From Dimorphilus gyrociliatus (lineage: Eukaryota; Animalia; Annelida), in the NCBI GenBank assembly GCA_904063045.1, contig CAJFCJ010000004.1, positions 2,432,496-2,496,495 on the forward strand: a DNA stretch of 64,000 nt, in the 5' to 3' direction. The position numbers and the translations under genes were made by a program. Under the pieces are notes generated by a model. The model saw nothing but the letters and a program-made list of their open reading frames with translations, searched no databases and was not told the DNA's origin. Numbering within the stretch: position 1 is the first letter of the stretch; the number at the start of each line of letters is the position of its first letter. This document shows positions 12,530 through 23,800 of this stretch, in pieces.

Positions 12530-14609
12530 ATGAATGAGGAAAATAATCAGAGGTAATTAATACGGGTAATTTCTAAAAGAATATCTATGTCTTAGTTTAA
12601 TTTATTTATTCATTAAATTCTCGAACCAAGTAGCAAAAAAGATAATTATCTTTTTGAGATTGACATCCAAGTGTCAAACTCTTCAAAGAGCAGAAAGAGA
12701 AAGCGACGAGGGCTTGCCGGCGGATAGAAAAGCTAGTTAATTACGTTTTTAAACTTGCAGATATTGCCGTCAGACGCAAACTTCTCCTCTAAATCGATAT
12801 TTGAGAAAAGGAAGAAGAGAAGAATCCGACTTGGAAGTCGGTGTTTCAACAGCTACTCAAACATCGAGTGCACTCGATTCTCTTCTAATCGGCTTTCGAC
12901 CGATACCATCGAGAAATCTCATCAAAATTTTTGCCAGTTCTTATCAAACTCCAGATGATCTCATAGTAAACTATATTACCGATCTCTATATGAAATTAGC
13001 TAAAGAATTGCATAATGACGCGATCCTGGGGCAAAAATTACAAATGGCGCTTACGCTTTTTTATAGGATTCTTGAAAAGATTCTATTAATGGAAAAAAGG
13101 AATTACAATGATAAAGAAATGACTTTAATCTTACGGAAGGAAATGTTTTACAAATGTCTTTTCGCTTGCGTCTTTGAAATCCTAATCTTTTCTTATGACT
13201 CTGAAAAGACATTTCCCTGGGTAATTCGGGTTCTGGATTTATCTGCCTTTAATTTTTACAAAGTAATTGAATTGGTAATTAGGGCCGAAGGCAGCCTAAG
13301 CCGTCAGCAGGTTATGCATTTGAACAAGATCGAAGAATCCATTCTAGAGAGTCAAGCGTGGGCCACAAATAGCCCTCTTTGGTATCTTTATAAAGAAAAC
13401 GGATACGCACTAAAGCGACATCTCTCTAACAAAACTGATTCGGTCGAGTTATTTTTAAGAAAAGTACAAAATTTAGCCTATGCTAAATTGAAAAATTTCT
13501 CCTGTCATTTAAGAATTAATGAGATACTCTTTGATAAAATTTTATCGACGTTTCGCTTCGTTCTAACTAATCATACCACAATTATGATGGATAGACATAT
13601 TGACCAAATAATTATGTGTATCGTATATGCTATTGCCAAAGCAACTGGTCAGAATATCTCATTTCAAAGAATTCTAACCATTTATAAAATGCAATCGCCG
13701 TCCAATATTAATATTTATCGAAAAGTTCCGCTGACGAAGCGTTCTTTTAATCAGCTGACCTCAATAGAAACATCAATTGATGAACCTCTCGAAAAGAGGA
13801 CGAAAACTGGTCAACGCTTTCCATTTTCCTTTACTCGATCAGATTATAAAGATTCCAGAGAAGAGAGAAGATATGTGAAAAAAACTGCAACTGACAGAAA
13901 AAATACCGTTGATATCAATAATAACAATAATAATCATAATCATGATAATAATAATAATTATGATGACGGAGATAATGACGTCGACGGGAACGGCTGTGAA
14001 AATGATGATGATACTGATAATAATAATAATGAAAACTGGATATCATCCAAGAGAAGACGATTTTCTGCTTTTAAAATGGTGAATAGATCGCATCTGTTAC
14101 ATAACGCCAATAAAGAGACTGTAGAAAGGACATTGACTCAGTTGTCAACGAATTCTACTGTGCAAATAGTTTATCGACAAGGAGCTAATAAAGACAGAGA
14201 ATACGGGGATATTATTCAGTTTTACAATTCCGTTTTTGTCTGCTTAGTAAAGGATTTTGTTCTAAAAATAGCAAAGTTATATAAGAAAGAAATGGAGGAA
14301 AAGGAGAGAGAAGATAGAAATGAAAAGAAAACTCGATTAACTGGTATTCACTCTACGAATTATCCAAGAAAATATGGAGATTTTCGAGTTTCCGTTCATT
14401 CATTTAAACCGGTTAAAATAGAACAATCCGTGTCCTATCATTTTCAAACGTCTCCTTCTCATAAACTCTCTACGATTAATTCTATGATTAATAGAAACGA
14501 TAATTCATCTTCAACAACAGCAGCTAGAAGGAATTTAAATATGACAGAGAACTGGAATCAATCACCAACCCTTTTAAAGCTATTATTAAATAAGTTGAAT
14601 AATAATTAA
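12530..14609 (+). CDS. RBL1/RBL2-like: Retinoblastoma-family pocket protein (p107/p130-like), shortened to about 623 aa
   Basis: RB_A box (FYKCLFACVFEILIFSY..TFPWVIRVL..FNFYKVIELVIRAE..LSRQQVMHLNKIEESILESQAW), RB_B box (DRHIDQIIMCIVYAIAK; GDIIQFYN) and RbC core (YHFQTSPSHKLSTINSMI) all match p107/p130 motifs. The track ORF starts at TTG 12801. A micro-exon 12530-12552 (ATG..AG|gtaatt) splices in phase to the ttgcag acceptor at 12760. The family call is firm; the start exon is inferred. Confidence 0.9.
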
Positions 14610-15727
14610 GATGTCTAGGAAAGCCTTTATTTCTCTTATTGTGTTATCTTTGTTTTAGTCTTTCTCGCCTCTTAGACTTTGTTATCATACTTTTATATCT
14701 TGTTTGTTTTATTTTAGAAATACATTTTTTTTAACCTCTTCAATCAATTTGTTAACATCGATTTATACTCCTTTTATTTAAATTATCAACAATTATATTA
14801 AAGCTTAGATTATTAGAGTAACACAAGGAATATATTTTATCATATAGGAAATAAATTGACTTAAACCTTTCAGAGTGCTGTTTGTATAGGAGCAACTTTA
14901 CCAGGCACTAAATAACCGCTATGAAAGTAATCTTGTTAAATAATGTTTTAGTAATTGGGTAAATTTTATCCAAAAAAGGATTTTTTCTTTCTCATTCATT
15001 CTCTATTTTATTATCCATTTCTCTCTCTCTCTCTTCCTTGTTACTTCAATCTCTTACTTTATCTTATGCTCTTTTCCCCAGAATCCCCTCTCTCCTTCCA
15101 TCTCTTTCTGCTTGTTACACACCACACAGACACACACACACACACACTCTCTCTCTCACACACATCATCATTTCTCTTGTCTCATCTGAACTAAATCCAA
15201 CTACTGGCTAATTTTAGATCGATATAAGAAGAGAACAACAACAAAATATAGGGAAATTTTTTTTTATTCTCTTTCATTTTTTCCTTCTTATGTCATTTTT
15301 TTTTCTTGGCCAAATTTTGGATGAGAAGAAGCCCCGAGTCGGAATACGAATTGCATTAGACAAGCCGCGTCGCTCTACTTGATCAAGCGCCGTATAGACT
15401 TTCAATAATAGTCTTCTTTTTGTGTAGCCTTTTGTGTTGGATGTATTATCTGGTTAATAAAACGTTAATATATTTATACTGGCCTGTTTGGCTAGGCATT
15501 TTTCAGTGTTTATTTTTATGTTTGCGATTAGCACTCATCTTTTCTGGTCTATTTTTTGTATATACAGCATTTATATATAAAAGGAAAGTTTTGTCCTCTT
15601 TATCACTAGTTATTCTAACTGCTACCCTCATCGTCAATTTTCCCTTTTCTTTCTTCTTTATTCTCTGATAACCTTTACTAAATTTTGTGCTGAAATCGTT
15701 ACTGTCTCGGTTCAGAAACGACCCAAG

Positions 15728-16841
15728 ATGATTAAACTGGAGGACGTTACCTCAGTAAGTGTCTTTTCTAAAAGAATGTATTCTTTTCTGACAGTGGAGA
15801 GACTACAGGAAACGTTAGATTTTTGAATTAAATAGCAATAATGAAAAATTAAATAAAAATAAACAAAGAGAATAATCCCATAATACACTATTCTTCTTTC
15901 TTTCTATTCCCGAACAGGCATTAGATTATAATAAATTTAGCTTTCTCTACTCTCAGCTACAATGCAAGCAGAATGATTTGAAAGAGCTGAGAGAATTTTT
16001 AAACGAAAGTCGTTCGATTGAGGAAAATTATTGTAAAGGTTTATTGAAGCTATATTGTAAATTTCCAAAAGAGGATCATTTCAGTTCCTTTCAATCTCTC
16101 TGGGACAATCTGAAAGATCTCGTCAGGGGGGCTTGCAATTTGCACCAAACTGTAGCTCACAATTTGAATGATATATCCAACAATCTTAAAAAGTATATGG
16201 GTATAACATCCTACTTATTCTTAACGATTATTTGCTGTTTTTTTTAACTTGTCAATAGTTTAATGGAATTCCTTTTCCATTGTAGAAAGTGTCAAAACCA
16301 AAAATGAGGCTATTAAGATGGAAGAGAGCAGTATACTTACGTTTAAAAGATCTTTAGATAACCTTGAAAAATCAAAAGAAAAAGCTAAAAGTGACTATAG
16401 GAGCGTAATTAATTATCTGAATGATTATAAGACTAGGTCGTTTGTTAAAGGCGACTGTTTGGAAAAGCTTATGTCAAAAGCTGAAAAGTCATCGTTGACC
16501 TTTAAAACTCTTGACGTCCGTTATGTCGATTCAAAGGACGAATTTGAAAGAAGACTTGAAAAGATGTATGGAAATATAGAAAAAGCAGAAAACCATCATT
16601 TAGATAACTTGAATAGCTTTACTATTGATTATTCGAACGTATGGACGAGTTATTCTTTAAATTTTGATCAGGTTCATTTTCTGTTTTATTGATAATTGAA
16701 TTTAATGAATAAATAAATGAGCTAATTAATTAATAGCTAATAATTTTATATAAACAGCTCCTTAAGCATAAAAATCTAAAGAAATTAAAGAAGAGCTCCT
16801 CCCCTCCTCGCTACTCTTCTCCTAGTCAGTCGAAAGGCTAA
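15728..16841 (+). CDS. F-BAR-only protein, FCHO/PSTPIP-like, about 259 aa
   Basis: Exons 15728-15754, 15918-16200, 16286-16671 and 16758-16841 are phase-consistent. FSFLYSQLQCKQNDLKELREFLNESRSIEENYCKGLLKL matches the FCH motif (F.VLY.....G....KEL..F..ER..IEE.Y...L.KL), followed by helical coiled-coil. The first exon is uncertain. Confidence 0.7.
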
Positions 16842-17317
16842 ATTGCAAACAATGCAAACAAGATGAAAGAGGATCTAAATCGGAAGGGAGAAGTCAATTG
16901 ACTAAACAATTATTTTCGTATTAATTTCAGACTTACTGTCTTCTTTTAGTTGATTTTATTAACGAAATAATTAAGGAATTTGTTAGGCTTATGTATGGAA
17001 TATTTTGCCTGTTAAATTATAGATTTTACCAACCTACTCTGCCAACTAAACATATGTAACAATCTACGCAATAGCTTATTAATATTATTAATAAATAAAC
17101 ACTGAGTGCGTGCCAAAGTTCAATTTATCTTTAATGCCATCCAAGTCATTTTTACGTTTTAACCTACGCAACATATTTTCTAGACTAGCTACACAGCTGT
17201 AATATTCACGAACAACGCTAATGTCTCTTATTTTTTACATTTAGATAAATAAATCTTATACTTAGTATATAAATGTCGACTTTCTATAAATTTACTTTTA
17301 TACTAAACTATGTAAGC

Positions 17318-19551
17318 ATGAAATTAATGACTTTTATATTCCTTATCCAACTGGTATCTTCCGAGAATATTGATCTCTTGGGAAAACCTGTAAAACAATC
17401 TGGTAAGAATAGAATACTATTCGATGGGGTTTTGCACAAGGCCGAATTGGCTATTGATGGGGATGAGACTGATGGAGGGGAGTAAGTCTTACCATTAAAA
17501 TATCTATTGATAATTATAACTCTTTCTTAATCTCTCTTTCTTTTAATCCTTTATTTAAAGCTTTAAATCGTGCATGAATGCCGAACCGGATGGTGATTAT
17601 AAATGGCTAATGATTGATCTGGAAAGTGTATATAACATTAATAAAGTAAATTTAGTGCTAAGGGAATGTTGCTGTATGTCAAAAATAACTATATTATTTA
17701 TTCATTATTATGTTAATTGAAAAAGTAACTTTTTCTCTTCTCCTCTTCCTTTTCCAGTTGATCATTACAGAGAATTGTTTATTCGTTTATACACTAAACC
17801 TCCAGAAAAATGGTACGACGGTGGAGATTTGTGCAAACATTTCAAAATTGAAAAAGATCCACCAAGAAAAATAAATATATCATGCGATAACCCCGTATCT
17901 GGCCGTTATGTTGCAATATCTATGAATTATAAACTTCCAATTTATAAGAACTTGCAGCTTTGCGAGGTTTGTTGAGAGAAAGATGTACAGACAACGAGAG
18001 CGAAAGAGAGAGAGTGGGAGAGAGAGAGAGAGAGAGAGAGAAAGAGGAAGAGAAATGGAAAGCTTGCATAAAAAAAATAATAACTTAATAAGGAGATAGT
18101 TTTTTGCGATATTTTTAGGTCTATATCGATGGAACTTTGACAGGCAACTCTGTAAAACAAGCCACGAACTACACACCCAAAATAGCCAGTACAAACTTTT
18201 ACTATTAATTGCCTTAATTTTTCTACTAGTTTTAAATTACACTTAATTGAAACAGGAACGACGGACCGTTTGTCAACCTCATCAACTTTGACTGTTACTC
18301 CCGTTCCAACGCCAACAAGCACAGAGAAGATTAAGTATAGTAAGAAAGCGGAAAAAGAATGCTCTAGCCAGGATTCTTGCGGATTAAGGTGTACCGATAC
18401 AGTTGAACCATCGGGATTAGAAGCCGTTCCTAACAGTTGGCCGTTTTTAGCGGCCATATTCCAAAGAACGCCTTATTTGGTGCGTCTAAAATAATTTTCC
18501 ATCTCTTCTTCACCTTAGTCGTCTTTTGCGTCTTTGCTTTATCTTTAGAATATTTTGGGGTGAAAAGAGAGAGAGAGAGAGAGAGACAGATATATATATA
18601 TATATATATCATGCATTAATAATATTTTTTTTCTCTTTCGTACTGTTACAGCGGTACATTTGTGCAGCAACGATTATTTCACATAAATGGTTAATTACAT
18701 CAGCAAATTGCTTTGAGGGCGATCTAAAGTAAATTTTCTTTAAAAGGTATAAAACGAGTAGCTTTATATAATTTATTGATCGGTTTAGGAGTGAAAATTA
18801 CATAGTCCTAGTTGGAGTGACAAACACTGAATTTGAAGAATTAAATTTTAACCAAAAGGAACACGAAATAAACCGATTTGTGTCCCAACCGGAATTTCCG
18901 GAAAAAACTGACAATGGTACTGTCCTAATTGAATTAAAGGAAGATCTTATGTGGAATCAACAAATACGTAGAATTTGTCTATCACCACAAAAACCCTCTA
19001 AGGCTGATAAATGTTTTCAAGTAGGTTGGGGTTCAAGGTTTCTTAACTTAAAAGGTTGTGATAATTAGATTTACAGCTTATCCTTGAATTTATACCTCTT
19101 CGACAATCATTCTTTTTGCAGAGGATATAAATAAACACCTGTTTAATTTGATGGAAATTGCTGTTAGTGAACACGATTGTTCCTCTAGTACAAATAATTC
19201 AACTAGATGCTTTCAATCCGAAAAAGGCTTTTGCTACGTAAGTTTTATTATACTCTATAATCTATCTTTTTCTCATTTTCCTTCTCCTCTTCATCTTCCC
19301 CCCACCCCCTCCCCTTCTACTTAATCCACTAATAAATAACCGATATAATCCAAAGAAGGAAATAATGATTACAATTGATAAATTGATTGCAGTTTGATTA
19401 TGGCGGACCAGTTGTTTGTAATAAAGGGGATAAATATACGCTTGTTGGTATAAGAGGATTAAGAACTGGTTGCGATTCAGCCTCTGAAATAGTAACAAAC
19501 ATACAGGAAAACGGTATTTCTGAATGGATAGATAGCATTATAAATAAATAG
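17318..19551 (+). CDS. Secreted F-type lectin (FTP/F5-8C)-like domain, Thr/Pro linker, and trypsin-fold serine protease homolog (catalytically dead)
   Basis: Signal-like MKLMTFIFLIQLVSS. FTP motifs AIDG, WLMIDL, RECC, GRYVAI, LQLCEV. Trypsin motifs EAVPNSWPF, CAATIISHKWLITSANC, CFQVGWG, DYGGPVVC. The last exon is 19393-19551, ending in TAG. Confidence 0.8.
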
Positions 19552-19897
19552 GCTTAATTAGTAATTAATAAATAAATTGGAATTTAAAACAGTATCCTAT
19601 GAAGTATATAGTTAGATGGATGTATTGTTTTCTGTCCTTGTTATGAATGTCTTCTTATTTGCTAGAAACAGGTTTTGAATAAAATTAAAAAGAAATGAGG
19701 TCAAATTGAGAAAAAATATATATATTTTATTAAAAAAACTATTCATATTAATGCCTGAAGGGAATATGTTAATTAGATTTATTCTAGAATAAGATATGGT
19801 TGAAGAGAAACTATTATTTAAAAAGTGTTCAACTTTTTTTCTTGAATATCATCTTTATCACTTGCTATATATATTTATATATATATATTTAATTTCT

Positions 19898-20700
19898 TTA
19901 GGGTTTCGGGGTTGGTTTCGGGGTTGGTTTCGGGGTTGGTTTCGGGGTTGGCTTTGGTGTTGTTTTTACATTCTTGGCTTTAGCGGCTTTAGCCTTCTTC
20001 TTCTTTTGCGCTATCTTCTTCTTCTTTTCTGCTACCTTCTTCTTTTTAGCAGCTTCGTTCTTTTTCTTGGCTTCTGTCTTCTTTTTCTTGTTGGCTTTGC
20101 CACCTTTCTTACCAGGTCCTTTACCGTGTCCCTTTCCGGGTCCCTTTCCATGTCCCTTTCCGTGTCCCTTTCCGTGTCCCTTTCCGTGTCCCTTTCCGTG
20201 TCCGTGTTCAATTCCGGTTGTATTAAAGTCTGTAGAATTATGCAGATCTCCCCATTCGTCGATATCAGTATGATTTCCTACAGTGAAATTTCCATCCGCC
20301 CATTCTGTACCACTGTGTTCTCCGTCGAGATGTTTTTCAGTATCATCTGTCAGATGCCAGCCATCATCTCCCTATACAAAGAAATACTTATTCGCAATGA
20401 TTGGCAAGAAGATAAGGATTACACTGTTACTTTATTTATTCGTTTTGTTAAAAGAGAAATTTACTTTTTCTATAAAAGCTTTAACTAATCAAAACGGAAT
20501 TAAAAGTTTAAAATAGAAAAAGTTGTTTTTTTAAAAAAACAAACAAAAACGAAAAAGATAAAGCAGCATAATTTATAATAGAAGAAGAAGAAGAAAAGAG
20601 AAAATTAAAATGGAATATTTACCGAACCATGTTCAACAGTTGGAGAAATAAGGTTTTGTATCAGAAATACAGTTATAGATATAAAGATGAACGTCTTCAT
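19898..20700 (-). CDS. Secreted low-complexity block protein, about 183 aa: signal peptide, acidic His/Trp segment, (G[H/P]GK)x8, Lys/Ala-rich segment, (PKPT) repeats
   Basis: Exon 1 20700-20623 encodes MKTFIFISITVFLIQNLISPTVEHGS then gtaaat. Exon 2 follows the ttgtatag acceptor and runs 20371-19898 as an open frame to TAA, with phase 0 at both junctions. It is absent from the ORF track because the hydrophobic plus-strand ORFs 19796 and 19974 are its antisense shadows. Confidence 0.8.
19901..19957 (-). repeat. 12-bp coding repeat encoding (PKPT)n at the C-terminus of the secreted protein
   Basis: Tandem gggtttcggggttggtttcggggtt units. Confidence 0.9.
20100..20206 (-). repeat. 12-bp coding repeat encoding G[H/P]GK x8
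   Basis: tccgtgtccctt-type units in tandem on the plus strand. Confidence 0.9.
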
Positions 20701-20836
20701 AATTAATACAAAATTATAGTTAACGTTCCAAACACGATTGTTGAACTACTGCATTTAAAATGAATTATTGAAGTATTTTAAATGGTAAAAGGTAACAGGA
20801 TGTAAAATATGCAAATGCGATAATTGATAACATTTT

Positions 20837-20844
20837 TGACGTCA
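20837..20844. promoter_or_regulatory. Palindromic CRE upstream of the secreted GHGK protein gene
   Basis: TGACGTCA about 137 nt 5' of the ATG at 20700. Confidence 0.3.
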
Positions 20845-23800
20845 AACAATAAAAATATTGTTTCAATTGTAATAGTTAAAATCTATTTAGAGAAAATAGA
20901 AAGAAAACTGCGGGCATCAAACTGTTACGCTTTTATTTAGACATGAAATATTCATATCCGATTTTATTAGTCATAATAATAATTTCAGAAATGTAAGCTT
21001 TATATCATAAACACACCTTTGGAAAAAATGTATTAATAGTTGTCGATGAATCATTCAAATAATTTATGTATTTCGGTGTATTTATAGTTTGATAAGCACT
21101 TCCATACGTGTAATATCATTTATTATCATTAATCATACGATCGATTTTAATAGGTATTGCATAAATAGAGCTAATATAAACATGAATGTATATTATGCAA
21201 ATTCTATAGCCTTTTTTTATAGATAAAAGTATATACTGTATTTATATGTTGTTTGTAAGAACATGACTATATTGAATTATTTAGAAATATACAGCTAATA
21301 GAATGTGATTTAACACATTAATTTGAAAATTCACCAGATGTTGTCAATTAATTTGCAACTGGATAAATGCAATTGCTTCCTGTTGCTAAAGAGCTTATAC
21401 GCTTTTGCTTACTCGGAAATTAACGGCTTATTTCACATTTCCTTTGATTCAACCCCTATCTTTTTGCCTCCCTCCTCCCTCTCTGCCTCTGTTTCTTTGT
21501 ATTTCTGTCCATTTGTCTGTATAAATGAGCGTCTAGTCCCATCATCCCTCCCTATCTATCTTACTCGTTTATATTTCCCTCCTCTAGTCTTTCATCATTC
21601 CTAACGCTTATATTTTTCTCTCTTTTCATCAACTTTTAATTCGCCATTTATCAACTGTTCTTCAGTTATTTTCTACATAGAAGAAACAAATTCGCTGACT
21701 GACGTAGTTAGTATGAAAAATAAAGTTTTTATAATACAATTTTTGAATTTTCCTCTTTATAATGTAATTACCAATTATATTAATTGCTAAATAATTACCA
21801 ATTGGTAACGATTACATGGATAAAAGAGACAATAGAACTATCCATAGTTTTGTCTCTCTCTCTCCCTCTGTTTAACAAAATAAAAGTACATAAAAAAATG
21901 TTATAAATACTTTATTGTTTTTTGTTCTAAAAATGAGAAGAACGGAAATTAAAAGAGGAAAAGAGAAATTAAAAGAATATTAAGATGATTACCTTTCTTT
22001 ATATAGATTTAATAGATTGTTGAATATCTGAATAAAATTCTTATTTATTCCTCTTTTATTCAATTTTAACTAATCTTTTCCTCTTTTATTTCAAAACAAT
22101 GACCTATTTATAGGTAATTTTTAACGATTAACAAGTTTAGAATAATAATTAGGCAATAAATATTCAAGTTTCTTTATTCATCGTTTCCTTTTAGGTCTAA
22201 TTCAATTAAAATTATATACTCTATACCTTTTCATCTATGTTTGAAGACTCAAAACCATAATTATTTCATCTCTCTTCTCCTCCTCCCACCCTCCCTCTCT
22301 TCTAGTTATTTGTAGGTAAAACTTTATCTAAGCTATGTAATTAGGTATTTTTCTCAAAGTATTAAATATTTATTAACTGTCACGAGTTATTAAACGCCTC
22401 TCTTATTTAATTATTCAACATTTCATAACTTTTTTGTTAATATTACTAAAGAAAAAGCTACTGCTCTAAAAAATCTTAGTAATGCCCATTTTCTGTAATT
22501 CTTTCAAATTTAGAAGAGTTTCCGGGTAATTATTTCAAATAACGTTAATTTTAGGTGTATCCTCCATATAAAATATTGTGCTGTTATAGACATATATATA
22601 TATAGGATATTTTCTCTCTTCTTCCCTCCCTCTCTCTCTCTTTCTGTTTCTTCTTCTAGACGAGATGAAATTATTGCCAATTTTACCAGCAAACGGTCTT
22701 CCTCCTACTAATCTTCTTTTAAACTCTTCTTTTCGACATACTAATATCATATAAAAAGGTTATTAGAATGATTATGTATGCGCTTTTGCTTAAATTTGCA
22801 AAGGATTTAAGAGAAAAGTGCAAAGGATATGAAGAAGACGAAAAAGAAGAAGAAGAAGAAGAAGAAGAAGAAGAGAGAGAGAGAATAGAAAAAGGTTGTT
22901 TTATTTAGTTAAGCTGTGTTAGAAAGGAATAAAAGAAATACTTTTATTCTTAAACAAACAGTCTTAACCGAAAAAAAATAAATATTTTCTTTTTACCTAT
23001 TTTCTCTCTTTATCTTATTAATTACTTTGCTTAATGTAATAATAAACTAATTATTTTTTAGGCCTAAATTATCTTCTTTATCGTTTAAAGATTATAATAT
23101 TAGCCATTATTCATTTAATACTTAATCCCTTTTTGTGTTTTCTTTCTTGTTTTATTTTTAATTAAAAGATTAACTTTTTTTCTTTCTTTCGCCTTGGGAG
23201 TTTCCTCTTTGTCTCATCTTCTTCGGCTAGTATTACTGCCATTACTACTGCTACTACTACCGCAGCAATCACTTCTACTTCTTCTCCTTATTCTTTTCCT
23301 TGTATTATAATCCCGTTGGAAAATATTTACATTTCATTTATTTCATTAGGAAAAAAAGTAATAATAGAGGAGAAAAATAGAGGAAATTCAGTTCAACTTT
23401 TAGTGATACGTTAATTAAAAATGAGTTGTCAAAAGAGCTAATGTCCTCTTTTGGGGACACGTCACATATTATTGCCAATAAAGGAAAACACCTGCTGAAA
23501 ATATTTCCAAATAGTTATAGAAACTTATATTTTAGAAAAAGTATGTCTATCGATTAGGAATTCTATATAAACTTTATCGGAAGAAGAGAAGTAAAAAACC
23601 GTTAAATTAAGACTTGTTAGCCTTTTTACGAATTCTAACAAGTGCTATCTCTTTAAATGTAATTTATTTTAGAACCACGTTGTTAATTATGTTTTGGAGA
23701 CGATTCTGAAGACGACGAGAAGAAGAAGAAGAAGAAGAAGAAAAAGGACAAAAGAAATAGTTTTAGCTTTAACTTTGTCAGTTAAATAGGTTAATTGTGA

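Noticed and set aside
19898-20110. Protamine or histone-H1-like reading of the Lys/Ala/Pro-rich segment
   Set aside because: The protein has an N-terminal signal peptide and N-glycosylation sequons and no winged-helix domain, so it is more likely secreted.
19796-20488. Plus-strand hydrophobic ORFs (230 aa and 99 aa) with FRGW and PCPF repeats
   Set aside because: They are antisense shadows of the Lys/Gly/His-rich minus-strand exon, which has proper splice signals and a signal-peptide exon.
22535-22750. Minus ORF containing RRLVGG, resembling a trypsin activation site
   Set aside because: No other trypsin motif follows, and it runs into a GA microsatellite.
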